The notes under the pieces are model-generated. The model was given only the letters and a program-made list of their open reading frames with translations. It ran no database searches and was not told the DNA's origin. Below are positions 20,522-30,136 of a DNA stretch of 64,000 nucleotides, piece by piece. The DNA is taken from positions 221,556 to 285,555 of the forward strand of contig CAZXYN010000001.1 in the NCBI GenBank assembly GCA_964644965.1. The letters run 5' to 3'. A program made the position numbers and the translations under genes. The stretch is from an uncultured Candidatus Saccharibacteria bacterium. Lineage in GTDB: Bacteria; Patescibacteriota; Saccharimonadia; Saccharimonadales; JACDBH01. Position 1 is the first letter of the stretch. The number at the start of each line of letters is the position of its first letter.

Positions 20522-20550
20522 TTGTCAATAGCCACCTCTTAAGATATACT
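20522..20550 (+). promoter_or_regulatory. smpB promoter, probably leaderless
   Basis: TTGTCA 20522-20527, 17-nt spacer, TATACT 20545-20550, only 6 nt to the ATG at 20557. Confidence 0.55.
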
Positions 20551-20556
20551 GTTCGC

Positions 20557-21021
20557 ATGACCAAAAAACAGTCTCAGACCAGTACTATTCGCAACAAGCG
20601 GGCGAGTTTCGACTACGATCTTAAGGATTCGTATATTGCTGGTATTGTCCTGAGCGGGGCAGAGACACGCAGTCTACGCGAACATCACGGCAGTCTGCAG
20701 GGCGCTTTTGTGCAGATCAAAGACGGGGAGGCATGGCTCGTGAACTCATTGGTCACTCCTCTGAAGACAAACAAAGCCAATCTACCGAGTGATGTTCAGA
20801 ACCGAAACCGCAAACTCCTGCTTAAAAAGCGCGAACTCGACCAGTTGATAGCGGCCAAGCAACAGGGAAATACTATTGTGCCGACCAAACTCCTGACAAA
20901 AGGACGCTATATAAAACTAGAGATAGCCATCGGCCGCGGTAAGAAACGCTATGACAAGCGTCAAACGATAAAAGAGCGTGATACTAAGAGAGATTTGCAG
21001 AGAAAAAATATGATAATTTGA
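20557..21021 (+). CDS. smpB: SsrA-binding protein
   Basis: IRNKRASFDYDLKDSYIAGIVLSGAE and a basic C-terminal tail are typical of SmpB. Confidence 0.92.
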   Translation: MTKKQSQTSTIRNKRASFDYDLKDSYIAGIVLSGAETRSLREHHGSLQGAFVQIKDGEAWLVNSLVTPLKTNKANLPSDVQNRNRKLLLKKRELDQLIAAKQQGNTIVPTKLLTKGRYIKLEIAIGRGKKRYDKRQTIKERDTKRDLQRKNMII

Positions 21022-21163
21022 CCGATTAGGGAAAATTATATGCCGAACCCAAGAAAGCCATTCCTTATTTAAAAATAGGTTTCTTGGCGTGAAGCTATAC
21101 AAGCGCCAAGTAATCAAGCAGCGCGACACTGCCCGCGACGCAGCTCGAAATGTTAACTAGGTA

Positions 21164-22420
21164 TTAATCATCCCACATTGGCGCTGGTCGCTTGCCAAAT
21201 CGTTTAGGGGCAGGCCGTTGTACCCGGCTTTTGTCGCTCACTTTTTCAGAAGTGCCGGCGCATATATCTGGTAGATTATTCTGCAACTTCAGCTTGGCGC
21301 CAGGGTCAGATATTTTTAATACTCCGTCGTTACGCGCATTATCCGTATACTCAACACCCATAGCCTCAACTAACTCACCTTCAAGTAGGTAGTTATCAAT
21401 TACATTCTGCATGCTCTTAAGCGCTTTAGATTCTATCTGGCGAATACGCTCTCTTGTAACACCAAATTCCAGCCCAACCCCATCTAGAGTAAGCGGCTCT
21501 TCGCTCATAATACGCATGCCTAAAACCTGTGCTTGCCTCACATCGATATTAGACATCGAAAGAAGCTTTGATACGGCACGCTCCCTACAGTCTTCATCAA
21601 GCACATACACACTATCGGGTGCGGCAATAGTTTCTTGCCAAGTAGGAGGGGTATCATCATCTAGCTCATAAGGTGCTTCGTACGAATAACTTGCTGACTG
21701 CAAAACTTCGTCTACTGCGGTCAAGGACACGGTGCGGCTCGTAGTAAGTGCCGAGAGTGCAGCTTCTACACGTTCAGGAACCTCAAGCATGAAGTCGGTT
21801 ATTTCCTGCCTCGTTGGAGACGTAACACCCTTATCCTCAAGCTCACTTATAGCCCTCGTGACGAGTCTTGTATTGTTTTGCATGTGTTCTGGGATTCGTA
21901 CTGAGGCAGGTGTGTAATCTTGAGTTTTTTGCGTTACATTACTGTACATTTGCCCATATGCGATTGACTGCCAGGATAGTTCCATCCCTGTAGAGAGTAC
22001 GAGGACAGCATTGGATAAGCCTTCAACGGCCAAGCCAAAGCGGTCATCAAAGCTTATCGGTAAAGTTCTGAGGTTAGATACCGGCAATTTACCATAAGCA
22101 AATATGTCCTTATCTGGGTCGTTATCAACTCCAATGCCACAGCTAACACGACAAAAATGCAGCGCCATACGCACACTGCCTTCTATCAATTCATTTTCAG
22201 CTGCAGTGAGAAGCGGTCTGTTGTTGTGGTCTTCCTGGGTACGATTATAGCCTCGTATTTCTTCAAGTAATTCAGAGAGTCTCTCCTTGGTAGGCAGGGG
22301 TCTTTTGCCCAAATCACGATAAAATTTTGCGCTCTCTTCAGATAACACAAAAAGGTCAGGATGAGATGCAGGCACCTCTGATAAATCAGCTGCGAGGCTG
22401 TTCTCTTGAAGTTCATTCAT
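21164..22420 (-). CDS. divergent sigma-70-family (RpoD-like) factor with C-terminal extension
   Basis: SVRIPEHMQNNTRLV (compare RIPVHM); region 4 LTLDGVGLEFGVTRERIRQIESKALKSMQ; about 85 extra residues after region 4.2. Confidence 0.7.
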   Translation of the reverse strand: MNELQENSLAADLSEVPASHPDLFVLSEESAKFYRDLGKRPLPTKERLSELLEEIRGYNRTQEDHNNRPLLTAAENELIEGSVRMALHFCRVSCGIGVDNDPDKDIFAYGKLPVSNLRTLPISFDDRFGLAVEGLSNAVLVLSTGMELSWQSIAYGQMYSNVTQKTQDYTPASVRIPEHMQNNTRLVTRAISELEDKGVTSPTRQEITDFMLEVPERVEAALSALTTSRTVSLTAVDEVLQSASYSYEAPYELDDDTPPTWQETIAAPDSVYVLDEDCRERAVSKLLSMSNIDVRQAQVLGMRIMSEEPLTLDGVGLEFGVTRERIRQIESKALKSMQNVIDNYLLEGELVEAMGVEYTDNARNDGVLKISDPGAKLKLQNNLPDICAGTSEKVSDKSRVQRPAPKRFGKRPAPMWDD

Positions 22421-22430
22421 AGTCTTATTT

Positions 22431-22459
22431 ATTATACACTATAAGCATAAATTAGTCAA
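22431..22459 (-). promoter_or_regulatory. near-consensus promoter for the sigma-factor gene
   Basis: Minus strand reads TTGACT (22454-22459), 17-nt spacer, TATAAT (22431-22436) with TG extension; 10 nt to the ATG. Confidence 0.6.
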
Positions 22460-22516
22460 TTATATATGCTTTGAGTTAACTTTTTCAGATTGGGAATGGG
22501 TTACTTCTAGCTGGGC

Positions 22517-23128
22517 TTAACCGTGTAAACCAGTCGAGCCGAACCCGCCGCCGCTACGCTTAGTCTGGCCAAGTTTATCTATTGTATCCACCTCTACAAG
22601 CTGAGGTAGGAACACCGGTGCAAACACCGCTTGTGCGATGCGTGAATGCTTTTGCAGAATAAATGCTTCGTCTGACTGGTTAACCAGTAGAGCGCCTGCT
22701 TCGCCACGATAATCTGGATCTACTGTGCCTGGAGCATTTGTGAGAGTGATTCTGCGCATAGACAAACCGCTTCTGGGTGTAAGCCAATACAGCATGTCAT
22801 CCTGAAGTGCAGTTGCGAACCCGACGCCAACCAAACAATGATCGCCCGGTTCTAGTTGGTATGCCCATCTGCTTTTATCGTCTGGGTCGGGCACAATGTG
22901 TTCCTGTAACGAAGCGCCCTCTGGCACAGTTTCAAAATCAAAAAGTGTCTGACGCAGGCGGTTATCATCTGGATCCATTCGTCCATCCTCTGCAACTATT
23001 ACGCGCGCATAGACATCATAGCCAATTGCACCGTCTGTTTTACGCTCGGGCATCCGGCCTCCAGGCAGTACGCAGATTTCGACACCACTCGCTCGTCCAT
23101 TCCAACCAAGCTCACTCATAAAGCGCAT
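22517..23128 (-). CDS. dut: dUTP diphosphatase (trimeric dUTPase with internal insertion)
   Basis: GAIGYDVYA, GTVDPDYRGE, RSGGGFGSTG motifs; start moved to an internal Met (23126-23128) to avoid overlapping the divergent gene. Confidence 0.8.
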   Translation of the reverse strand: MRFMSELGWNGRASGVEICVLPGGRMPERKTDGAIGYDVYARVIVAEDGRMDPDDNRLRQTLFDFETVPEGASLQEHIVPDPDDKSRWAYQLEPGDHCLVGVGFATALQDDMLYWLTPRSGLSMRRITLTNAPGTVDPDYRGEAGALLVNQSDEAFILQKHSRIAQAVFAPVFLPQLVEVDTIDKLGQTKRSGGGFGSTGLHG

Positions 23129-23180
23129 TATGCCATCATTTTGTCTGTCTGGGCAACTTAGCTCGTGTATTATGGTTACT

Positions 23181-23810
23181 ATGAAACTGACAAAATACGG
23201 CCATGCCTGCGTGATTATTGAGGAGCAGGGCAGCAGGCTTATCATTGACCCTGGCGGCTACACCAAGCTACCGGAAGATCTGAGTTCGGTTGTCGCAATT
23301 GTTATCACCCACGAACATACCGATCATTTTTCAAAAACACAGATAGGGAGAATTAGGCAATCGAGCCCCGAAGCAGCTCTTTACTCCACTAGAAGTGTGG
23401 TTTCAGAAGTGGATAACGCTAAACACGTTAAGTCTGGCGAGAAGGTTTCGGCTGGAGCATTTGAACTTGAATTCTATGGCCAGCTACACGAAAAATCCCG
23501 CGACGATATTCCCCAGGTAGAAAATGTTGGAGTTGTCGTGAACGGAAAAGTTGCCTACAGCGGCGATTCGTACGAGCTTCCACCGACAGCCGTAGAGGTT
23601 TTGCTGGCGCCAACCTCTGCGCCGTGGCTACACATCCAGGCGGCATGCAACTTTGTACAAGATACTCCTGCAAAACTTGTTATACCGACACACGACGCGT
23701 TACTTTCCGACGTCGGTAAAGCCGCCTACGACAAACACCTAGAGGACGCCTGTAAGGCGAGCGGCAAGGCATACCAGCGGCTCAGTAGCGGCGAATTTAT
23801 TGAGCGCTGA
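23181..23810 (+). CDS. metallo-beta-lactamase-fold hydrolase
   Basis: MKLTKYGHACVIIEE and ITHEHTDH (HxHxDH); start placed at the MKLTKYG Met. Confidence 0.75.
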   Translation: MKLTKYGHACVIIEEQGSRLIIDPGGYTKLPEDLSSVVAIVITHEHTDHFSKTQIGRIRQSSPEAALYSTRSVVSEVDNAKHVKSGEKVSAGAFELEFYGQLHEKSRDDIPQVENVGVVVNGKVAYSGDSYELPPTAVEVLLAPTSAPWLHIQAACNFVQDTPAKLVIPTHDALLSDVGKAAYDKHLEDACKASGKAYQRLSSGEFIER

Positions 23811-24189
23811 TCGACAGCCGGCTCAGCGAAGATAGCGGTTCGGCAATATAATTATCTATGGCTTCTTCTGTGGCTCTAACCCCGCTCTCAAGAATAGAAT
23901 CTGCGGAGTCGGCCAACAAAGGCGCCGTAGCCAGCAGACAAGCCGTCATGCAGATAGTCCCGATCTGGCGAGCTCGCTTATGGTTGGCAGGGAGATCTCT
24001 GGTTTCCTGGCCGGAACTAATACCAAAACGCAATCCTCGAATCATTCGCTCACCACTAATAATTGCTGCATTACCAATCCGTTCGGCTACAAAGTTAAGC
24101 CGGGGAAATTGTACAGACTGTACACCGGTATCGTCGAGGATTGCGCTATTTTCGACATCGACACTACAGCCGTGACGGTACTCCCACAT
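23797..24189 (-). CDS. hypothetical protein with C-terminal-half hydrophobic segment
   Basis: ORF immediately downstream of 24191-24754 (stop TAG at 24191-24193, next ATG at 24187-24189); hydrophobic segment IGTICMTACLLATAPLLA. Confidence 0.4.
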   Translation of the reverse strand: MWEYRHGCSVDVENSAILDDTGVQSVQFPRLNFVAERIGNAAIISGERMIRGLRFGISSGQETRDLPANHKRARQIGTICMTACLLATAPLLADSADSILESGVRATEEAIDNYIAEPLSSLSRLSISAQ

Positions 24190-24190
24190 G

Positions 24191-24754
24191 CTACCTGACT
24201 TCTGCCACGCTGATTTCACCTTGCATAATCTCAGATATTTTGCGGGCTACAAACTTATCAATATGTTCACAGATCAAGCGGCCATGAACTGCTGGTGTGT
24301 TTCGTTCTGACACATGCCACTCGGCATCAACCGGCTCCACTGTTGCGCGGGCAGCTCCGAGCATAAATCTTCCAAAAGTGACTACAGTGGCGCTACGAAA
24401 AGACTCAACGCGCATGGCATCGCAGGGTTCAACAAAATCGGCTCGGGCGGCGCTAGGGTATTCCTGAGTCATGGACATATCAAGCCCGTAGGTAGGTTCG
24501 TTCCAGGCAAATATAACATCTAGCGAACCGCTATTTTCGGCTCGCCACTCGATCATTCCGTGTGCCGGCAATCGATAATCCTGCGAGTTATAAAGGTCAG
24601 CGAAACGAAGCCGGTTGTTTTTGGCTCGCGCATTTGTCTCGAAGGCTGCGGCACGAAAAGATGGTTCTGGAACTTGCCCTGGCAGATCAGCATGCAGCTG
24701 GCCGCGGCTGAGCGACATTACTTCCGGCGAAGTTATTGTTCGTTGACTTATCAT
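24191..24754 (-). CDS. hypothetical protein
   Basis: 187-aa ORF from the MISQRT Met (24752-24754); no motif recognised. Confidence 0.5.
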   Translation of the reverse strand: MISQRTITSPEVMSLSRGQLHADLPGQVPEPSFRAAAFETNARAKNNRLRFADLYNSQDYRLPAHGMIEWRAENSGSLDVIFAWNEPTYGLDMSMTQEYPSAARADFVEPCDAMRVESFRSATVVTFGRFMLGAARATVEPVDAEWHVSERNTPAVHGRLICEHIDKFVARKISEIMQGEISVAEVR

Positions 24755-24809
24755 AAACACATTATATAACTTTAATGAGTATTTTTTAATGTCTGTTAGA
24801 CTATGGTGT

Positions 24810-25901
24810 ATGAAGGTGTATTCGTGGAATGTGAATGGAATTCGGGCCGTCGTGAAGAAGGGCACTTTCCAGCAATTCATCAAAGATCACGATCCAGATA
24901 TCTTGTGCCTGCAAGAAACCAAGATTGACGCTGTCCAGCTTTCGAAATGGCGAGGGGCCAAGGCAGTGAGTCAGCAGGGATCTTTATCGCGACAAGACGT
25001 AGCCGTAGCTACGTCGCGAAGCGAAAAGTCGCGGCTGGCCGCTGCATTGGAATCGCAGCCCGAAAGTCTGGACAGCGTCAATCTTGCAGCCGAGCAAGGC
25101 CAGGCCGTGGTTGATTTATCTGGCTACGAAGAATACTGGAATTCGTCAAAAAACAAAAAGGGCTACAGCGGCACTGCAATATTTAGCAAAATTAAGCCGA
25201 TTGCAGTCGTCAATGACATCCCGGATGAGTTCGTTAAGTCAGCCGGACTAGTGCTCGATAATTATGGCCATAGCAACGACGAGGGCAGGGTGATTGCAGC
25301 TGAGTTCGATGATTTCTATGTAGTGACTGCTTATACACCAAACGCCAAGGACGACTTGTCACGGATTCCGCTGCGCCAACAGTGGGACAAGGCCATGACC
25401 GCCTACTGCAACTCACTGCAAGAAGGCAAGATTAATCTTAGAGAATTAAAAGTAGGTGCTGGTTTGGATGAAGTGCAAGGCGATTCAGAGCAACGGACCG
25501 AGCCGTATAACCAATACGGTGAGGAAGTAGCGGATGAATCAACGCAGCAATTCGCCAAACCAGTCATCTACTGTGGTGATATGAATGTTGCTCATACAGA
25601 AGATGACCTAGCCCGGCCAAAGGAAAACAGGGGCAAAAAAGGCTTCACCGATGAGGAACGCTCGGGATTCGACAACTGGCTGAAGGCCGGATTCATCGAC
25701 ACACTCCGCGAATTCGTACAAGGCAACGGTCACTACACCTGGTGGACCCATTGGGCAAAAGCTAGGGAACGCAATGTTGGCTGGCGTATAGATTATTTCC
25801 TTATATCAAAAGCCCTCAAACCTCGTCTCAAGACTGCCAAAATCCACGCCGATGTCATGGGTAGCGACCACTGCCCAGTCAGCGTAGAGCTTGTGGTATA
25901 A
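24810..25901 (+). CDS. xth: exodeoxyribonuclease III (AP endonuclease) with two insertions
   Basis: YSWNVNGIR, LCLQETK, GDMNVAH, WRIDYF, SDHCPV motifs; about 363 aa versus the usual ~255-270. Confidence 0.85.
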   Translation: MKVYSWNVNGIRAVVKKGTFQQFIKDHDPDILCLQETKIDAVQLSKWRGAKAVSQQGSLSRQDVAVATSRSEKSRLAAALESQPESLDSVNLAAEQGQAVVDLSGYEEYWNSSKNKKGYSGTAIFSKIKPIAVVNDIPDEFVKSAGLVLDNYGHSNDEGRVIAAEFDDFYVVTAYTPNAKDDLSRIPLRQQWDKAMTAYCNSLQEGKINLRELKVGAGLDEVQGDSEQRTEPYNQYGEEVADESTQQFAKPVIYCGDMNVAHTEDDLARPKENRGKKGFTDEERSGFDNWLKAGFIDTLREFVQGNGHYTWWTHWAKARERNVGWRIDYFLISKALKPRLKTAKIHADVMGSDHCPVSVELVV

Positions 25902-25912
25902 TTCCGCTATAA

Positions 25913-26524
25913 ATGGCAAAAAATAAAAAGAAATCTAAATTTAACTACAAAATAGCTGCACTAGCCGCATCAGGAATACTACTGGTAGCCGGTATGGCGG
26001 CGCAGGCTTGGTACAACTTATACATTTGGGATGTTACCCAGGAGCAGTCAGCTTTCAAGATGGGTACTCTAATAAAAACTGCTATAGACAACCTTGACCA
26101 GTTAAAAACAGATCTCGGAGACGACAGCCGCATAGAAGAGCTTCGTTTACAGCTACCCCAGGATAATCAGGATGTAGAGGGTATTAGGTATATGTTATTC
26201 GATTCTAATAACTCATCTTCGAGGCATAACTCCGATTATGCACAAGTTACAAGCAGATCGCTTGTACTGGGAGAAATGAGCCAGCTTTTGGTCCAGCGAA
26301 ATATGGATGATTTGTTTGAGGTCGTACCTGGTACCCAGGCATGTTCCCGTGGATTCACATTACAATTTTCAGAGCAATTTGGTGACAGCGGTAGCCTGAG
26401 CCTCAGTGGCACAAAAACTTTAGGTGACGGACGTACATTGTATGTATACCGCGAGACAACCTGTGATGCACACTACGGAGTTGACGAGCTTGAAGCTTAT
26501 CTTCTGCGTTCCGAAAGCTACTAG
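25913..26524 (+). CDS. hypothetical N-terminally membrane-anchored protein
   Basis: Basic N-terminus followed by TM segment IAALAASGILLVAGMAAQAW; no motif recognised. Confidence 0.5.
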   Translation: MAKNKKKSKFNYKIAALAASGILLVAGMAAQAWYNLYIWDVTQEQSAFKMGTLIKTAIDNLDQLKTDLGDDSRIEELRLQLPQDNQDVEGIRYMLFDSNNSSSRHNSDYAQVTSRSLVLGEMSQLLVQRNMDDLFEVVPGTQACSRGFTLQFSEQFGDSGSLSLSGTKTLGDGRTLYVYRETTCDAHYGVDELEAYLLRSESY

Positions 26525-26614
26525 TGATACAATAAAGAGGTTAGCGAAGAGGTGCACCAGTTTGATTAAGTTCGGTTGAAATAACCAACAAAAAAATAGT
26601 TATTACAATAAATC

Positions 26615-27085
26615 ATGAAACAACTTACACTATTATTTCTAGTTCAGGAAGGGCAGGTACTGCTAGCCATGAAAAAACGTGGCTTTGGCGCAAATCGCTG
26701 GAACGGTGTTGGCGGTAAATTAGAACCAGGCGAAACTATTGAACAAGCATTGGTTCGCGAATGCCAAGAAGAAATTATGGTCACGCCAGAGGCTTATGAG
26801 AAGGTAGCTAGGATTGTATTCGACGAGCAACACCAAGGTTCGCGTAACACTCTAGAGGTCCATGTTTTCACTTGCAGTAAATGGTCGGGTGAACCCGAAG
26901 AGACCGAAGAAATGGCGCCAAAATGGTTCGATATAGATAAGATTCCGTATGACGACATGTGGCCAGATGATCCGTACTGGCTACCGCAGGTTCTAGAGGG
27001 CTCAAAAATTAAGGCTTCCTTTGAACTTGGCGAGAATGACAAAATTATAAATAAGCAGGTGGAGATTATGGAGCTACTTGACTGA
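26615..27085 (+). CDS. Nudix hydrolase (MutT-like)
   Basis: Nudix box GGKLEPGETIEQALVRECQEEIMV. Confidence 0.85.
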   Translation: MKQLTLLFLVQEGQVLLAMKKRGFGANRWNGVGGKLEPGETIEQALVRECQEEIMVTPEAYEKVARIVFDEQHQGSRNTLEVHVFTCSKWSGEPEETEEMAPKWFDIDKIPYDDMWPDDPYWLPQVLEGSKIKASFELGENDKIINKQVEIMELLD

Positions 27086-27617
27086 TATGTCCGTACTAGT
27101 TGCTTCACAGAACGAGATTAAGCGTCTTGCTGTAGTGGATGCTTACACGGAGATTTATCCTGAAGATGTTCCAGTAGTCGTATCTTCACCGTTGGAAATT
27201 AGAAGTGGCGTAAGGGATCAGCCACTCAGTCTGCAAGAAATTGCTTTGGGTGTACACAACCGGATAGGCAACGCTAGAGCTCAGAAGATCGGCAGATTCT
27301 CGACTTTTGTGGCCATAGAAAGCGGCTGTTACAGAACAAAAAACCGATGGTTCGAGGTGGCTTGTGCAGGAGTAACCGGCAGAAATGGTCGAATATCCAT
27401 TGCCTACGGGCCATCCTATCCTGTACCAGAGTCTTTTGTGCCACTTTTAAAGCAGGGCAAAGATCTAAACGAAATCATGGAAGAAAAAACTAGTATGAAA
27501 GAGGCAGGTAAAGGCATAGGCTTTAACGGCTGGCTAGCCGGACGTTTTGATCGTCGTCATGCATCAGCCATGGCTGTATATTTGGCACTTTGTAGCGAGA
27601 GGACTCAAGATTTATGA
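27078..27617 (+). CDS. putative non-canonical purine NTP phosphatase (YjjX/DUF84-like)
   Basis: N-terminal VASQNEIKRLAV resembles the family's N-terminal pattern; 8-nt overlap with the Nudix gene; weak call. Confidence 0.5.
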   Translation: MTDMSVLVASQNEIKRLAVVDAYTEIYPEDVPVVVSSPLEIRSGVRDQPLSLQEIALGVHNRIGNARAQKIGRFSTFVAIESGCYRTKNRWFEVACAGVTGRNGRISIAYGPSYPVPESFVPLLKQGKDLNEIMEEKTSMKEAGKGIGFNGWLAGRFDRRHASAMAVYLALCSERTQDL

Positions 27618-28327
27618 GTAAAAAATTCGCAGTTTTTGATATCGATGGCACGCTCATCCGCTGGCAGCTGTACCACGGGCTGGTGAACACACTGGCCAAG
27701 GATGGTCATCTTGGTGCAGAGGCCTACGAGCAGCTTCGCGAGGTCCGAAAGACATGGAAGCACCGCCAACATCCAGAGGCGTTCAAAGACTACGAACGTT
27801 ACCTGGTCAAAATGTACTTGGCCGCAATAACAGATCTGCCTGTAAAAGAGTTCGAAAAAGCTGCGGCCGCGACAGTCGACGAATACAAGCAGCAAGCCTA
27901 TGTCTACACACGCGATTTAATCGGCAAGTTAAAGGAAGAGGGCTACTTTCTACTAGCCATTTCAGGCTCGCACCACGAGATGATCGAAGAAATTGCCAAA
28001 CACTATGGTTTTGATGATTTTGTTGGCAGCACGTATGAAGTAGCTGACGGAAAGTACACTGGCAAAGAATCTGTTCCGAGCAAAGACAAAGCCAGCTACC
28101 TGCGCAAATTTGTTGAAAAACACGACCTGGATATGAGTGACAGTGTAGGTGTTGGTGACACCATTAGCGACAAGGCATTTTTAGAACTTGTCAGCCAGCC
28201 GATTGCTTTCAATCCAGAGAGAAAATTATTCGATGAGGCTAGAACGCAAGGCTGGAAAATAGTTGTCGAGCGCAAGAACGTTGTCTACGAATTAGAATCT
28301 TCTGATGACGATTACAAACTCATCTAA
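27614..28327 (+). CDS. HAD-superfamily (subfamily IB-like) phosphatase
   Basis: FAVFDIDGTLI (motif I), AISGS, GVGDTISDKAF (motif IV). Confidence 0.75.
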   Translation: MSKKFAVFDIDGTLIRWQLYHGLVNTLAKDGHLGAEAYEQLREVRKTWKHRQHPEAFKDYERYLVKMYLAAITDLPVKEFEKAAAATVDEYKQQAYVYTRDLIGKLKEEGYFLLAISGSHHEMIEEIAKHYGFDDFVGSTYEVADGKYTGKESVPSKDKASYLRKFVEKHDLDMSDSVGVGDTISDKAFLELVSQPIAFNPERKLFDEARTQGWKIVVERKNVVYELESSDDDYKLI

Positions 28328-28328
28328 A

Positions 28329-29345
28329 TTAGTGCGGCAAAATGACCGTAAAGGTCGATCCCTTGCCGTAGGTGCTCTTGACGGTGATTTCTCCGCCGTG
28401 GACAGCCGCAATCGTTTCTGCCAAGCTCAACCCCAGTCCATAACCCTCGGCAGCAGAACGCGTACGTGATCTGTCAGCTCGGTAAAATCGCTCAAATATA
28501 TGCGGCAAATCTACTTCTGCGATACCAACACCTTTGTCTATAATTTGAATCTGCAAATGCTTGTCACGCTTTGAAGCCGTAACTTTGACTTCGCTGTTGT
28601 CGTGACTGTACTTGATAGCATTGCCAAACAGTGTCACAAATAATTCAATGAGCTGATCGGGGTCTCCCCAGACTGTCAACTGAGATTTGGGCAATTTAAA
28701 ACTAATTCTGCGTTTCTTGGCCTTTGCCTCTAGCCTAGAGTACGAAGCCTGAAAAATATCTGTCAGTTTATAGTCCTGCCAGTGCGACCGATCAACTTTT
28801 TCGTCGCTGCGCGCCAGCCGTAGCAGGGCAGCGGTCAATGTCTCTAACTTGGCAATTTCTTCTAGATTGCTGGCGAGAACTTCTCTTGCCTCAGGTGCTT
28901 TTAGATTTTTGTCACGCAGAGATACTTCTATCTCTGTCTTCATTGCAGTTAGTGGAGTTCGGAGTTCATGGGCAGCATCAGATGTAAATCGGCTCTGAGT
29001 CCGCAGTGCTTCCTCGAGCGGCCGTAGGCTTCGGCGCGCTAGTAAGTAGCTGGCGGCCGTACCAACGGCAAGCATTCCAGCATTAAATAACGCCAGTTTG
29101 GCTAACAAGCTGTCACGAAAGCGATCTAGCTCAGCATCATGGATTCTATCAAGCCCTGTATTGGTCGTGAAATATAGGTTTTCACGCAGTTCGTTGATTT
29201 GTTTGCTCAGTCCAGAATCAGCAGCATAGATAGATTGAAAATAAAACACCGTACTGAAACCTATTGTCAGCACCATGATGATGCTCAGATAGGTCAGTGT
29301 CAGTCGCATTCTGGCTGATTTAAAACTTATATGCGGCAGGGACAT
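28329..29345 (-). CDS. sensor histidine kinase
   Basis: Two N-terminal TM segments, H-box AAHELRTPLTA, G-boxes DKGVGI and GYGLGLSLA. Confidence 0.85.
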   Translation of the reverse strand: MSLPHISFKSARMRLTLTYLSIIMVLTIGFSTVFYFQSIYAADSGLSKQINELRENLYFTTNTGLDRIHDAELDRFRDSLLAKLALFNAGMLAVGTAASYLLARRSLRPLEEALRTQSRFTSDAAHELRTPLTAMKTEIEVSLRDKNLKAPEAREVLASNLEEIAKLETLTAALLRLARSDEKVDRSHWQDYKLTDIFQASYSRLEAKAKKRRISFKLPKSQLTVWGDPDQLIELFVTLFGNAIKYSHDNSEVKVTASKRDKHLQIQIIDKGVGIAEVDLPHIFERFYRADRSRTRSAAEGYGLGLSLAETIAAVHGGEITVKSTYGKGSTFTVILPH

Positions 29346-29364
29346 TCTTAGAAATTACACCTTG

Positions 29365-30036
29365 TTATGGCTGTATTATATAGCCAAAGCCGCGTCGTGT
29401 CTTGATCATGTCAGTTTTAAACTTTTTGTCGATCTTGTTTCTGAGATAGCCAATATAAACTTCGACCGTGTTTGGCAGCACATCGTCTTCATCACTCCAG
29501 ACATGTGTAATAAGCTCGTCTTTGCTGACAACCATGTTTTGGTGGCGCATCAGGTATTCGAGCAGAGCGAATTCTTTGGCTGTTAAATCAACCTCTGTCT
29601 CTTTAAAAAAGACCTGCTTGGTAACAGGATCCAGAGACAGAGAGCCCACCTGAATGATTTTGCCAAGTAAGTTGCGCGGCCGACGTAGGAGGGCGTACAG
29701 CCGCGCAACTAACTCATCAAATGCGAAAGGTTTTGCAAGGTAATCATCAGCACCACTATTGAGTCCGGTGACTTTGGCTTCGGTAGCATCGCGAGCAGTT
29801 AGCATCAATATAGGGGTTTTAACACCTTCTTTTCGTAATGCTTCGCAGGCGGCTTGCCCATCAATCGAGCCAGGCAGCATCCAGTCCAGCACAATAACAT
29901 CATACTCAGAACTACGACCATAGCTGAGAGCGCTGTCACCATCACCTACCACATCAACGCTGAAAGTTTCAGCCTCTAGACCCTTTTTTATGCTGGCTGC
30001 GATTTTTGGTTCATCTTCTACGACAAGTACTCTCAT
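29365..30036 (-). CDS. OmpR-family response regulator
   Basis: Receiver domain MRVLVVEDEP...VIVLDWMLPG; winged-helix C-terminus LTAKEFALLEYL...RGFGYII. Confidence 0.9.
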   Translation of the reverse strand: MRVLVVEDEPKIAASIKKGLEAETFSVDVVGDGDSALSYGRSSEYDVIVLDWMLPGSIDGQAACEALRKEGVKTPILMLTARDATEAKVTGLNSGADDYLAKPFAFDELVARLYALLRRPRNLLGKIIQVGSLSLDPVTKQVFFKETEVDLTAKEFALLEYLMRHQNMVVSKDELITHVWSDEDDVLPNTVEVYIGYLRNKIDKKFKTDMIKTRRGFGYIIQP

Positions 30037-30136
30037 AATGTTTACATTGTAGCCTATCGTAGCTGAGTTATCGCTGAGTATCAGAACATATTATTGCTTG
30101 CTATTTGGTATTGGTTTCTTGATACTAAAAAGTAAT

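Noticed and set aside
21022-21163. Possible tmRNA next to smpB
   Set aside because: tmRNA genes are sometimes linked to smpB. This spacer is only ~140 nt and lacks a GGGG 5' end, a tag ORF and a tRNA-like T-arm/CCA 3' end. It holds only one imperfect hairpin.
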